From Escherichia coli (GTDB lineage: Bacteria; Pseudomonadota; Gammaproteobacteria; Enterobacterales; Enterobacteriaceae), in assembly GCF_013122565.1 (NCBI RefSeq), contig NZ_CP053258.1: 64,000 nt of DNA. One strand, 5' to 3'. A model generated the notes under the pieces. The model did not search any database and was not told the DNA's origin. It saw only the letters and a list, made by a program, of their open reading frames with translations. Numbering within the stretch: position 1 is the stretch's first letter; the number at the start of each line of letters is the position of its first letter. Shown here piece by piece: positions 1 through 10,338 of this stretch. The translations under genes and the position numbers were made by a program.

Positions 1-198
<198 letters not shown>

Positions 199-330
199 TT
201 AATTAAAACAACGTTTCATTTCTATCGTTATACGAAAAGATGATCAATTCCGCTAGCCTTAACGCGTGAATTATTGTCTTATCACAACTTATCGGCAGGC
301 GCGTTCCCGCCTTTCGGGTCAAGGCCCGCA

Positions 331-924
331 TCACTCCTTGAGAATAGTTTTTATCGCTTCCCCCGCCAGTGCAGCTGTTGCACAGAGTTGTTCGATGGAG
401 TGCCCCTCCCGTGCCTTCGCAGAAAGCCCTGACATCACGGTACTCATAAAATCAGTCACACATTGTGCGCTTTGTGGATGCCGCCTGGCGATATAGTCAT
501 AAATGGTCGTTTCTGCGGCGTGATAATATTGAAGGGCAATATCACGCGCTTGTGGATCATGACTATGAATACCTTCAAGAACCATACAGCCAGCGCAGCC
601 GCCGTTTTGGCTATATCTGCGCGCCGCTTCTTTTAATACCTCAACCAGGCACTCGCCTACCGGACGATCATCACGAAGAATATCGGCAAGCGGAATAGCT
701 TCCGTACCGACATATTCATTGAGTACACGGCTAAATAACCCAGCCTTACTGCCAAAAGCCGCGTAGAGGCTCGGGGGGTTAATACCAAGATAATCAGTAA
801 CTTCAGCAACACTGACAGCATCGAAACCTTTTTGGTGAAAAAGCACTTTTGCCGCAGAGACTGCCTGCTCAGGAGCGAAACGTCTGGGACGACCTGGAAC
901 GCGAGATTGTTTTTTAGTGACCAT
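331..924 (-). CDS. bdcR: TetR-family transcriptional regulator BdcR
   Basis: 197 aa ORF with N-terminal TetR HTH (GFDAVSVAEVTDYLGINPPSLYAAFGSK); divergent from SDR gene bdcA. Confidence 0.8.
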   Translation of the reverse strand: MVTKKQSRVPGRPRRFAPEQAVSAAKVLFHQKGFDAVSVAEVTDYLGINPPSLYAAFGSKAGLFSRVLNEYVGTEAIPLADILRDDRPVGECLVEVLKEAARRYSQNGGCAGCMVLEGIHSHDPQARDIALQYYHAAETTIYDYIARRHPQSAQCVTDFMSTVMSGLSAKAREGHSIEQLCATAALAGEAIKTILKE

Positions 925-963
925 TACAAAACTTGTTGACAGAAAGTTAAAACAGTTTTGTAA
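924..963. promoter_or_regulatory. Inverted repeat TTACAAAAC...GTTTTGTAA in bdcR/bdcA divergent promoter; candidate TetR-type operator
   Basis: Arms at 924-932 and 955-963 are exact reverse complements, placed between the divergent start codons. Confidence 0.45.
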
Positions 964-994
964 TGCATGTTACATAATAAATCAAGGAGTCCTT

Positions 995-1708
995 ATGGGC
1001 GCTTTTACAGGTAAGACAGTTCTCATCCTCGGTGGCAGTCGTGGTATCGGTGCCGCTATCGTACGTCGTTTCGTCACCGATGGGGCCAATGTACGATTCA
1101 CCTATGCGGGGTCGAAAGATGCCGCTGAACGCCTGGCACAAGAGACTGGAGCGACAGCAGTATTCACAGATAGTGCTGACAGAGACGCTGTCATTGATGT
1201 CGTTCGTAAGAGCGGCGCATTGGATATCCTGGTGGTAAATGCAGGTATTGGCGTCTTTGGCGATGCCCTGGAATTAAATGCCGACGATATTGATCGCCTT
1301 TTCAAAATCAATATTCATGCTCCTTATCATGCCTCTGTTGAAGCCGCCCGGCAGATGCCCGAAGGCGGGCGCATCTTAATCATCGGCTCCGTGAATGGCG
1401 ATCGTATGCCTGTTACAGGCATGGCTGCTTATGCCGCCAGTAAATCTGCCCTGCAAGGCATGGCGCGCGGGCTGGCCCGTGATTTTGGACCGCGTGGGAT
1501 CACCATCAACGTCGTCCAGCCAGGGCCAATTGATACCGACGCTAATCCCGCCAACGGGCCAATGCGCGATATGTTGCATGGTTTTATGGCCATCAAAAGA
1601 CATGGGCAACCGGAAGAGGTCGCTGGTATGGTCGCATGGTTAGCAGGGCCAGAAGCCAGTTTTGTTACCGGCGCGATGCATACCATTGATGGCGCGTTTG
1701 GCGCATAA
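995..1708 (+). CDS. bdcA: Short-chain dehydrogenase/reductase BdcA (c-di-GMP-binding biofilm dispersal mediator)
   Basis: 237 aa from ATG at 995 (AAGGAG RBS at 984-989); Rossmann motif GGSRGIGAAI; ORF-track start at 917 is an upstream in-frame extension. Confidence 0.8.
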   Translation: MGAFTGKTVLILGGSRGIGAAIVRRFVTDGANVRFTYAGSKDAAERLAQETGATAVFTDSADRDAVIDVVRKSGALDILVVNAGIGVFGDALELNADDIDRLFKINIHAPYHASVEAARQMPEGGRILIIGSVNGDRMPVTGMAAYAASKSALQGMARGLARDFGPRGITINVVQPGPIDTDANPANGPMRDMLHGFMAIKRHGQPEEVAGMVAWLAGPEASFVTGAMHTIDGAFGA

Positions 1709-1838
1709 CCGACTACGCTCAATTAAGCCCAGCCATTTCCCATGATGTCTGGGTTTTGTTTACTCACGTCGTCCGCTAAAAGCGGCTCCTGGTAAATATA
1801 AATCTTCTGTTCATGTCGTAAATCTTGAGGATAACCAA

Positions 1839-2234
1839 ATGGTAGAAAGAACCGCTGTTTTCCCTGCTGGCCGACATTCACTGTATGCTGAACATCGTTA
1901 TTCTGCGGCTATTCGTTCCGGCGATTTGCTGTTTGTTTCCGGGCAAGTAGGAAGTCGAGAGGACGGAACACCAGAACCCGATTTTCAGCAACAAGTCAGA
2001 CTGGCATTTGATAATTTGCATGCGACCCTGGCAGCTGCGGGATGCACTTTTGACGATATCATTGATGTTACGAGCTTTCATACCGATCCAGAAAAACAAT
2101 TTGAAGACATCATGACGGTGAAAAATGAAATATTTAGCGCGCCACCTTATCCAACCTGGACGGCGGTGGGCGTTACATGGCTGGCAGGCTTTGATTTTGA
2201 AATTAAAGTGATAGCGCGCATCCCTGAGCTGTAA
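1839..2234 (+). CDS. yjgH: RidA/YjgF-family protein YjgH
   Basis: 131 aa ORF; position between bdcA and pyrL. Confidence 0.75.
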   Translation: MVERTAVFPAGRHSLYAEHRYSAAIRSGDLLFVSGQVGSREDGTPEPDFQQQVRLAFDNLHATLAAAGCTFDDIIDVTSFHTDPEKQFEDIMTVKNEIFSAPPYPTWTAVGVTWLAGFDFEIKVIARIPEL

Positions 2235-2461
2235 GCAATAGTGCTAGCCGTTCGTTTTCACACTCCGCCCTATAAGTCGGATGAATGGAATAAAATGCAT
2301 ATCTGATTGCGTGAAAGTGAAAAAGAAAAAAGCAGGAAATGTCTGCAATTATTGATACCGAACGACAGTTCCCCTCCAGAATCACAGTAAATAAAAATGC
2401 ATATATTTTGACTTTAAATTCAAATAAACCGTTTGCGCTGACAAAATATTGCATCAAATGC

Positions 2462-2489
2462 TTGCACCGCTTCTGACGATGAGTATAAT
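2462..2489 (+). promoter_or_regulatory. Sigma70 promoter of pyrLBI (TTGCAC -35 at 2462-2467, TATAAT -10 at 2484-2489, 16 bp spacer)
   Basis: Consensus -10 and near-consensus -35 read directly, about 25 bp upstream of pyrL. Confidence 0.6.
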
Positions 2490-2514
2490 GCCGGACAATT
2501 TGCCGGGAGGATGT

Positions 2515-2649
2515 ATGGTTCAGTGTGTTCGACATTTTGTCTTACCGCGTCTGAAAAAAGACGCTGGCCTGCCGTTTTTCTTCCCGTTGATCACCCATTC
2601 CCAGCCCCTCAATCGAGGGGCTTTTTTTTGCCCAGGCGTCAGGAGATAA
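2515..2649 (+). CDS. pyrL: pyrBI operon leader peptide
   Basis: 44 aa MVQCVRHFVLPRLKKDAGLPFFFPLITHSQPLNRGAFFCPGVRR, ending 4 nt before pyrB and spanning the attenuator. Confidence 0.85.
   Translation: MVQCVRHFVLPRLKKDAGLPFFFPLITHSQPLNRGAFFCPGVRR
2604..2629 (+). terminator. pyrBI attenuator (rho-independent terminator inside pyrL)
   Basis: GCCCCTC-AATC-GAGGGGC hairpin followed by T8 at 2622-2629. Confidence 0.85.
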
Positions 2650-2652
2650 AAG

Positions 2653-3588
2653 ATGGCTAATCCGCTATATCAGAAACATATCATTTCCATAAACGACCTT
2701 AGTCGCGATGACCTTAATCTGGTGCTGGCGACAGCGGCGAAACTGAAAGCAAACCCGCAACCAGAGCTGTTGAAGCACAAAGTCATTGCCAGCTGTTTCT
2801 TCGAAGCCTCGACCCGTACCCGCCTCTCTTTCGAAACTTCCATGCACCGCCTGGGTGCCAGCGTGGTGGGCTTCTCCGACAGCGCCAATACATCACTGGG
2901 TAAAAAGGGCGAAACGCTGGCCGATACCATTTCGGTTATCAGCACTTACGTCGATGCGATAGTGATGCGTCATCCGCAGGAAGGTGCGGCGCGCCTGGCT
3001 ACCGAGTTTTCCGGCAATGTACCGGTACTGAATGCCGGTGATGGCTCCAACCAACATCCGACGCAAACCTTGCTGGACTTATTCACTATTCAGGAAACCC
3101 AAGGGCGTCTGGACAATCTCCACGTCGCAATGGTTGGTGACCTGAAATATGGCCGCACCGTTCACTCCCTGACTCAGGCGTTAGCGAAGTTCGACGGCAA
3201 CCGTTTTTACTTCATCGCGCCGGACGCGCTGGCAATGCCGCAATACATTCTGGATATGCTTGATGAAAAAGGGATCGCCTGGAGTCTGCACAGCTCTATT
3301 GAAGAAGTGATGGCGGAAGTAGACATCCTGTATATGACCCGCGTGCAAAAAGAGCGCCTGGACCCATCCGAATACGCCAACGTGAAAGCGCAGTTTGTTC
3401 TTCGCGCCAGCGATCTCCACAACGCCAAAGCCAATATGAAAGTGCTGCATCCGCTGCCGCGTGTTGATGAGATTGCGACGGATGTTGATAAAACGCCACA
3501 CGCCTGGTACTTCCAGCAGGCAGGCAACGGGATTTTCGCTCGCCAGGCGTTACTGGCACTGGTTCTGAATCGCGATCTGGTACTGTAA
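2653..3588 (+). CDS. pyrB: Aspartate carbamoyltransferase catalytic subunit
   Basis: 311 aa; ATCase motifs STRTR and HPLP; followed by pyrI. Confidence 0.97.
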
Positions 3589-3600
3589 GGGGAAATAGAG

Positions 3601-4062
3601 ATGACACACGATAATAAATTGCAGGTTGAAGCTATTAAACGCGGCACGGTAATTGACCATATCCCCGCCCAGATCGGTTTTAAGCTGTTGAGTCTGTTCA
3701 AGCTGACCGAAACGGATCAGCGCATCACCATTGGTCTGAACCTGCCTTCTGGCGAGATGGGCCGCAAAGATCTGATCAAAATCGAAAATACCTTTTTGAG
3801 TGAAGATCAGGTAGATCAACTGGCATTGTATGCGCCGCAAGCCACGGTTAACCGTATCGACAACTATGAAGTGGTGGGTAAATCGCGCCCCAGTCTGCCG
3901 GAGCGCATCGACAATGTGCTGGTCTGCCCGAACAGCAACTGTATCAGCCATGCCGAACCGGTTTCTTCCAGCTTTGCCGTGCGAAAACGCGCCAATGATA
4001 TCGCGCTCAAATGCAAATACTGTGAAAAAGAGTTTTCCCATAATGTGGTGCTGGCCAATTAA
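3601..4062 (+). CDS. pyrI: Aspartate carbamoyltransferase regulatory subunit
   Basis: 153 aa; C-terminal zinc-binding cysteines (CPNSNC...CKYCEK). Confidence 0.97.
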
Positions 4063-4134
4063 TTGCGGTTGGTAATAAAAGTCTGGCTCCCTATAATGAG
4101 CCAGACTTTTTACCGCTGTAATAAAGGAGAAATC

Positions 4135-4521
4135 ATGAGCAAAACTATCGCGACGGAAAATGCACCGGCAGCTATCGGTCCTTACGTACAGGGCGTTGAT
4201 CTGGGCAATATGATCATCACCTCCGGTCAGATCCCGGTAAATCCGAAAACGGGCGAAGTACCGGCAGACGTCGCTGCACAGGCACGTCAGTCGCTGGATA
4301 ACGTAAAAGCGATCGTCGAAGCCGCTGGCCTGAAAGTGGGCGACATCGTTAAAACTACCGTGTTTGTAAAAGATCTGAACGACTTCGCAACCGTAAACGC
4401 CACTTACGAAGCCTTCTTCACCGAACACAACGCCACCTTCCCGGCACGTTCTTGCGTTGAAGTAGCCCGTCTGCCGAAAGACGTGAAGATTGAGATCGAA
4501 GCGATCGCTGTTCGTCGCTAA
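4135..4521 (+). CDS. ridA: Enamine/imine deaminase RidA (YjgF)
   Basis: 128 aa from ATG at 4135 (MSKTIATENAPAAIGPYVQG...); ORF-track start at 4063 is an upstream extension. Confidence 0.93.
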   Translation: MSKTIATENAPAAIGPYVQGVDLGNMIITSGQIPVNPKTGEVPADVAAQARQSLDNVKAIVEAAGLKVGDIVKTTVFVKDLNDFATVNATYEAFFTEHNATFPARSCVEVARLPKDVKIEIEAIAVRR

Positions 4522-4578
4522 TCTTGATGGAAATCCGGGCTATCATGCCCGGATTAAGTCTGATGATAAACGCAAAAT

Positions 4579-4670
4579 CGCCTGATGCGCTACGCTTATC
4601 AGGCCTACGTGATTCCTGCAATTTATTGAATTTGTTGGCCGGATAAGGCATTTACGCCGCATCCGGCATG
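4579..4670. repeat. REP elements (two palindromic units) between ridA and mgtA
   Basis: GCCTGATGCGCTACGCTTATCAGGCCTAC and GCCGGATAAGGCATTTACGCCGCATCCGGC. Confidence 0.8.
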
Positions 4671-4726
4671 AACAAAGCTTACTTTGTCTGCAATCTGAAT
4701 CGGGGCTATCGTGCCCAGTTTATTCT

Positions 4727-7423
4727 TTATTGCCAGCCGTAACGTCGGCTATAGAACCCTTTCACCAACTGGGTTAATGTCATATACCCTGCCAGAATCG
4801 CAACCAGCCACGGGAAATAGCTTAACGGCAGCGCCTGCAGCTGCAGATAACTGGCCAGCGGTGAAAACGGCAATGCGATCCCGACAATCATCACGATCAC
4901 GGTCATGATCATTAACGGCCACGATGCACAGCTCTGAATAAACGGCACACGACGGGTGCGGATCATATGCACAATCAGCGTTTGTGACAGCAAGCCCACC
5001 ACAAACCATCCCGACTGGAACAGCGTTTGCGTTTCCGGCGTGTTGGCATGGAATACCCACCACATCAGGCAAAACGTCAGAATATCGAAGATCGAGCTGA
5101 TCGGTCCGAAGAAGATCATAAAGCGCCCCAGATCCGCCGGATTCCAACGCTGCGGCTTTTGAATTTGCTCGTCGTCGACGTTATCAAACGGGATCGCCAC
5201 CTGTGACACATCGTACAGCAGGTTCTGAATAAGCAAGTGTAACGGCAACATCGGCAGGAAGGGCAAGAAAGCACTCGCCACCAGCACGCTGAACACATTA
5301 CCGAAGTTAGAGCTCGCCGTCATTTTGATGTATTTCAGCATGTTGGCGAAAGTGCGACGTCCCTCAATAACCCCCTCTTCCAGCACCATCAGGCTTTTTT
5401 CCAGCAGGATGATATCAGCCGCTTCACGGGCAATATCTACCGCGCCGTCCACAGAAATGCCGATATCCGCAGCGCGTAAGGCGGGCGCATCATTAATACC
5501 ATCGCCCATAAAGCCAACCACATGCCCTTCGCGCTTCAGTAAGGTCACAATGCGTTCTTTATGCATCGGCGTCAGGCGGGCAAACAGCGTGGTGCGCTGT
5601 GCGAGATTTGCCAGTTCGTCGTCAGATAGCGTTTCAATATCACTACCAATGACCACCTCTCCCGCGTCCAGCCCCACTTCATGGCACACTTTCGCTGCAA
5701 CTAACTCACTGTCGCCAGTAAGGATTTTTACGGTAATTCCACTCGCTTTTAATGCCTTCAGTGCCGGAGCGGTTGTCTCTTTTGGCGGATCAAGGAAAGC
5801 AATATATCCTTCGAGGATCAGGTCGGATTCATCCGCCCGCTGGTAATCTCCTTCACGCGCTGGCAGGTATTTCGTCGCCACCGCAACCACGCGCAACCCC
5901 TGACGATTCAGCGTATCAGTAACCCGCTTAATCTTACGCAGCATGGTGTCATCGAGCGGTACTATCTCGCCATTGTGACGCACCTGCGAACACACATTGA
6001 GGATTTCCTGCAATGCACCTTTGCAAACCAGCTGATGGTGCTCGGTATTTTCTGCCACTACCACCGACATCCGGCGACGCTCGAAATCAAACGGAATCTC
6101 ATCAATTTTTTGCCAACGGCTGGCCAGCGAGCGCGCTGACTCTTCATCCGTACCTTCGAGCACCGCTGTATCGAGCAGGTTTTTAAGTCCGGTCTGATAA
6201 TGACTGTTCAACCACGCGCTATGCAGCACGCGTTCGCTGGTTTTACCGGAGATATCGGTATGATTCTCCAGCACAATTTTGTCCTGTGTCAGGGTGCCGG
6301 TTTTATCAGTGCACAGAATATCCATTGCGCCAAAGTTCTGAATAGCATCCAGATGTTTGACGATCACTTTCTGTTTCGACAGCTTTACTGCGCCGCGCGC
6401 CAACGTCGAGGTAACAATCATCGGCAACATTTCCGGCGTTAGGCCTACCGCGACCGAAAGCGCAAACAGCGCCGCTTCCCACCAGTCGCCTTTGGTGTAG
6501 CCATTGATTAACAGCACCACCGGTGCCATCACCAGCATAAAGCGAATCAGCAGCATACTGACGCGGCTGATCCCTTGCTGAAAGGCATTCGGCTCGCTTT
6601 CCTGCTCACTAACACGCCCCGCCAGTTGACCAAACCAGGTATTGGCACCTGTAGCAATCACCATTGCTTGTGCCGTGCCGCTCACCACGGTGGTGCCCAT
6701 AAAACACAGCGTGTCGCACTCCAGCGGATTGCTGTGCTCCGGCTGGCGAGTGGTAGCGGCTTTTTCCACGGGCAGAGACTCACCGGTTAACGACGCCTGA
6801 GCGACGAACAGATCCCGCGCCTGCAAGATACGTAAATCTGCCGGGATCATATCCCCCGCCGCCAGTTTTATAATATCGCCGGGCACCAGCTGGTCGATCG
6901 GGATCTCCAGCCAGCCATTTTCGCCTTTGTCGTTAATTACGCGCAGCACCGTCGCAGTATTGCTGACCATCGCTTTCAGGGCATCTGCCGCTTTAGTGGA
7001 ACGTGCTTCCTGAATAAAGTTCAGCAACGTTGAAATAGCGACCATTAGCGCGATAACGCCCGCGGCAAATAAATCTTCCGTGGCGTAAGAAATAGCGCCG
7101 AGAATGGTGAGTAAAATATTAAATGGGTTGCGATAGCAGACCCATAAATGTACCCACCACGGCGACGGTTGTTGTGCGGGTAATTTATTTTCACCATGTT
7201 GTTCGCGGGCAGATTCCACTTCCGCCTGATTTAACCCTTCCGGATGGGTGTCGAACGTTTTCCACAATTCTTCTTCGGGCATCACCGCCATTTTCAGGCA
7301 ATGCGCACTTAAGGACGGCGGGACCACCGTATTCACTGTCTGCTGCGCGCCAGGCAATGGATCACGATGAACCAGACGGGAAGGTAAATGGCGAATGAGC
7401 CGGGTAAAAATTTCTTTAAACAT
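4727..7423 (-). CDS. mgtA: Mg2+-importing P-type ATPase
   Basis: 898 aa; P-type ATPase motifs DKTGTLT and GDGINDAPAL; AAGGAG RBS upstream of ATG at 7423. Confidence 0.97.
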   Translation of the reverse strand: MFKEIFTRLIRHLPSRLVHRDPLPGAQQTVNTVVPPSLSAHCLKMAVMPEEELWKTFDTHPEGLNQAEVESAREQHGENKLPAQQPSPWWVHLWVCYRNPFNILLTILGAISYATEDLFAAGVIALMVAISTLLNFIQEARSTKAADALKAMVSNTATVLRVINDKGENGWLEIPIDQLVPGDIIKLAAGDMIPADLRILQARDLFVAQASLTGESLPVEKAATTRQPEHSNPLECDTLCFMGTTVVSGTAQAMVIATGANTWFGQLAGRVSEQESEPNAFQQGISRVSMLLIRFMLVMAPVVLLINGYTKGDWWEAALFALSVAVGLTPEMLPMIVTSTLARGAVKLSKQKVIVKHLDAIQNFGAMDILCTDKTGTLTQDKIVLENHTDISGKTSERVLHSAWLNSHYQTGLKNLLDTAVLEGTDEESARSLASRWQKIDEIPFDFERRRMSVVVAENTEHHQLVCKGALQEILNVCSQVRHNGEIVPLDDTMLRKIKRVTDTLNRQGLRVVAVATKYLPAREGDYQRADESDLILEGYIAFLDPPKETTAPALKALKASGITVKILTGDSELVAAKVCHEVGLDAGEVVIGSDIETLSDDELANLAQRTTLFARLTPMHKERIVTLLKREGHVVGFMGDGINDAPALRAADIGISVDGAVDIAREAADIILLEKSLMVLEEGVIEGRRTFANMLKYIKMTASSNFGNVFSVLVASAFLPFLPMLPLHLLIQNLLYDVSQVAIPFDNVDDEQIQKPQRWNPADLGRFMIFFGPISSIFDILTFCLMWWVFHANTPETQTLFQSGWFVVGLLSQTLIVHMIRTRRVPFIQSCASWPLMIMTVIVMIVGIALPFSPLASYLQLQALPLSYFPWLVAILAGYMTLTQLVKGFYSRRYGWQ

Positions 7424-7563
7424 AAGGAGTCCCTCCGCACTGTCTGAAACAGTACAGAAATGTCTTCAGGCGTGGCGAAGCCTTACCTGAAGGTAATAAA
7501 GCTGAGCAGGGACGTTAAAACGTCACGGCCTTACGCATCCGGTAACGCCGTGAAAAGACGGGC
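7424..7563 (-). promoter_or_regulatory. mgtA 5' leader (Mg2+-responsive leader RNA region between mgtL and mgtA)
   Basis: 140 nt untranslated segment between mgtL stop and mgtA start; role from established knowledge of the mgtA leader. Confidence 0.6.
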
Positions 7564-7617
7564 TTACCGGAAAAGTTTTAATCTCCGTCGAGGGAGAGGC
7601 GTGGGATCAGGTTCCAT
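7564..7617 (-). CDS. mgtL: mgtA leader peptide (proline-rich)
   Basis: Reverse complement of 7564-7617 translates as [17 protein letters not shown]. Confidence 0.85.
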
Positions 7618-7710
7618 ATAACCTCCGGTAAGTGAAAAAAGCGCCGCAAATAATAAGGAGAATCCAATAATATTCGTAGCATCTATGGCGATATAATACC
7701 TGCTGGCAAC

Positions 7711-7727
7711 TAAACCAACGATAAACC
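7711..7727 (-). promoter_or_regulatory. PhoP box (direct repeat GGTTTA-N5-GGTTTA) in mgtLA promoter
   Basis: Reverse strand reads GGTTTATCGTTGGTTTA, about 95 bp upstream of mgtL. Confidence 0.6.
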
Positions 7728-7801
7728 AGACTTTACCCATTGCTGAATGCACGGGTAAAGTTAGGCTCAAATAATTAAACAACACGTTACAGGACAACAG
7801 G

Positions 7802-8749
7802 ATGCAAAATCGGCTGACCATCAAAGACATCGCGCGCTTAAGCGGCGTGGGGAAATCTACAGTTTCCCGGGTGCTGAATAACGAAAGCGGCGTGAGCCAG
7901 CGCACCCGCGAGCGTGTTGAAGCAGTGATGAATCAGCATGGATTTTCCCCTTCCCGCTCTGCGCGCGCTATGCGTGGGCAAAGCGATAAAGTGGTCGCCA
8001 TCATTGTTACCCGTCTGGATTCGTTGTCAGAAAATCTCGCCGTTCAAACCATGCTGCCAGCGTTTTATGAACAAGGTTACGACCCAATCATGATGGAAAG
8101 TCAGTTTTCCCCGCAATTAGTTGCCGAACATTTGGGGGTGCTGAAACGGCGTAATATCGACGGCGTAGTGCTGTTCGGTTTTACCGGCATAACAGAAGAA
8201 ATGTTAGCCCACTGGCAGTCATCGCTGGTTCTGCTGGCGCGTGACGCAAAAGGCTTTGCTTCGGTCTGTTATGACGACGAAGGGGCAATCAAGATCCTGA
8301 TGCAACGGCTGTATGACCAGGGGCATCGTAATATCAGTTATCTCGGCGTGCCGCACAGTGACGTGACAACCGGTAAGCGACGTCACGAAGCCTACCTGGC
8401 GTTCTGCAAAGCGCATAAACTGCATCCCGTTGCCGCCCTGCCAGGGCTTGCTATGAAGCAAGGCTATGAGAACGTAGCAAAAGTGATTACGCCTGAAACT
8501 ACCGCCTTACTGTGCGCAACCGACACGCTAGCACTTGGTGCAAGTAAATACCTGCAAGAGCAACGCATCGACACCTTGCAACTGGCGAGCGTCGGTAATA
8601 CGCCGTTAATGAAATTCCTCCATCCGGAGATCGTCACCGTAGATCCCGGTTACGCCGAAGCTGGCCGCCAGGCGGCCTGCCAGTTGATCGCACAGGTAAC
8701 CGGACGCAGCGAACCGCAACAAATCATCATCCCCGCCACCCTGTCCTGA
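7802..8749 (+). CDS. treR: Trehalose operon repressor (LacI family)
   Basis: 315 aa; N-terminal LacI-type HTH (TIKDIARLSGVGKSTVSRVLNNE). Confidence 0.93.
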   Translation: MQNRLTIKDIARLSGVGKSTVSRVLNNESGVSQRTRERVEAVMNQHGFSPSRSARAMRGQSDKVVAIIVTRLDSLSENLAVQTMLPAFYEQGYDPIMMESQFSPQLVAEHLGVLKRRNIDGVVLFGFTGITEEMLAHWQSSLVLLARDAKGFASVCYDDEGAIKILMQRLYDQGHRNISYLGVPHSDVTTGKRRHEAYLAFCKAHKLHPVAALPGLAMKQGYENVAKVITPETTALLCATDTLALGASKYLQEQRIDTLQLASVGNTPLMKFLHPEIVTVDPGYAEAGRQAACQLIAQVTGRSEPQQIIIPATLS

Positions 8750-8867
8750 TCGTTTCCTGAACGATAAATTGTGATCTTCGCTGCGCTTCGGGAACGTTCC
8801 CGTTTTTAAATTTTTCCGCGCAATATATTCTGCAGCCAACCAAAAATGTCATCTGCCATGGGGCTTT

Positions 8868-10289
8868 ATGATGAGCAAAATAAACCAAACGGATATCGAT
8901 CGGTTGATTGAACTGGTCGGCGGGCGCGGCAATATTGCGACGGTGAGCCACTGTATTACTCGCCTGCGCTTTGTCCTCAACCAACCGGCCAATGCCAGAC
9001 CGAAAGAAATTGAGCAACTCCCCATGGTGAAAGGCTGTTTCACCAATGCCGGGCAATTTCAGGTGGTGATTGGCACCAACGTGGGTGATTACTATCAAGC
9101 ACTGATAGCGTCAACCGGACAGGCGCAGGTTGATAAAGAGCAGGTAAAAAAAGCCGCCCGGCAGAATATGAAATGGCATGAGCAGTTGATCTCTCATTTC
9201 GCGGAGATCTTCTTCCCGTTGCTGCCCGCGTTGATCAGCGGCGGTTTGATCCTCGGTTTTCGCAATGTGATCGGCGATTTGCCCATGAGCAACGGTCAAA
9301 CGCTGGCGCAAATGTACCCTTCCCTGCAAACGATCTACGATTTTCTGTGGTTGATCGGTGAAGCGATCTTCTTCTACCTGCCGGTCGGTATTTGCTGGTC
9401 AGCGGTGAAAAAAATGGGCGGCACGCCGATCCTTGGTATCGTGCTTGGCGTGACACTGGTTTCTCCCCAGCTGATGAACGCTTATCTGCTCGGGCAGCAG
9501 CTGCCGGAAGTGTGGGACTTTGGCATGTTCAGCATCGCCAAAGTGGGCTATCAGGCACAGGTGATCCCGGCACTGTTAGCCGGGCTAGCACTGGGCGTTA
9601 TTGAAACTCGCCTTAAACGCATCGTGCCAGATTACCTCTATCTGGTGGTGGTGCCCGTCTGTTCGCTGATCCTCGCGGTGTTCCTCGCCCATGCGCTGAT
9701 TGGTCCATTTGGTCGCATGATTGGTGATGGCGTTGCCTTTGCGGTACGTCACCTGATGACCGGTAGCTTTGCTCCGATTGGTGCGGCATTGTTTGGCTTC
9801 CTGTACGCGCCGCTGGTGATCACCGGCGTACACCAGACCACCCTTGCTATTGATTTGCAGATGATTCAAAGCATGGGTGGCACGCCAGTGTGGCCGCTGA
9901 TTGCGCTGTCGAATATCGCTCAGGGCTCCGCCGTGATAGGCATTATCATTTCCAGCCGCAAGCACAATGAACGCGAGATCTCCGTGCCTGCCGCTATCTC
10001 CGCCTGGCTTGGGGTCACTGAGCCTGCAATGTACGGCATCAACCTGAAATATCGCTTCCCGATGCTGTGCGCGATGATTGGTTCTGGTCTGGCAGGATTG
10101 CTATGCGGCCTGAACGGCGTTATGGCGAATGGTATCGGCGTAGGGGGCCTGCCGGGAATTCTCTCGATTCAACCGAGCTACTGGCAGGTATTTGCGCTGG
10201 CAATGGCTATCGCCATCATCATCCCGATTGTACTCACCTCGTTTATCTACCAGCGGAAATACCGCCTGGGCACGCTGGACATTGTTTAA
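8868..10289 (+). CDS. treB: PTS trehalose-specific EIIBC component
   Basis: 473 aa; EIIB motif VSHCITRLRF, then polytopic membrane domain. Confidence 0.93.
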   Translation: MMSKINQTDIDRLIELVGGRGNIATVSHCITRLRFVLNQPANARPKEIEQLPMVKGCFTNAGQFQVVIGTNVGDYYQALIASTGQAQVDKEQVKKAARQNMKWHEQLISHFAEIFFPLLPALISGGLILGFRNVIGDLPMSNGQTLAQMYPSLQTIYDFLWLIGEAIFFYLPVGICWSAVKKMGGTPILGIVLGVTLVSPQLMNAYLLGQQLPEVWDFGMFSIAKVGYQAQVIPALLAGLALGVIETRLKRIVPDYLYLVVVPVCSLILAVFLAHALIGPFGRMIGDGVAFAVRHLMTGSFAPIGAALFGFLYAPLVITGVHQTTLAIDLQMIQSMGGTPVWPLIALSNIAQGSAVIGIIISSRKHNEREISVPAAISAWLGVTEPAMYGINLKYRFPMLCAMIGSGLAGLLCGLNGVMANGIGVGGLPGILSIQPSYWQVFALAMAIAIIIPIVLTSFIYQRKYRLGTLDIV

Positions 10290-10338
10290 TTTTCTTCGGG
10301 GCGCAATTGCGCCCCCTCGCATTTGCAGGAATAACGTA

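Noticed and set aside
917-1708. Long N-terminal extensions in ORF-track starts for bdcA (917), ridA (4063), treC (10192), msrA (33423), fklB (48610), ytfB (48742) and others
   Set aside because: Extensions overlap upstream genes or lack an RBS; internal ATG or GTG starts with good SD sequences give the expected protein lengths, so the shorter coordinates were used
3550-4428. 292-aa minus-strand ORF overlapping pyrI and ridA
   Set aside because: Overlaps two well-supported genes on the opposite strand; no recognisable domain; treated as a chance open frame
5325-5846. 173-aa plus-strand ORF inside mgtA and 243-aa plus-strand ORF (18886-19617) inside mpl
   Set aside because: Antisense to conserved genes, serine/arginine-rich low-complexity translations, no independent support
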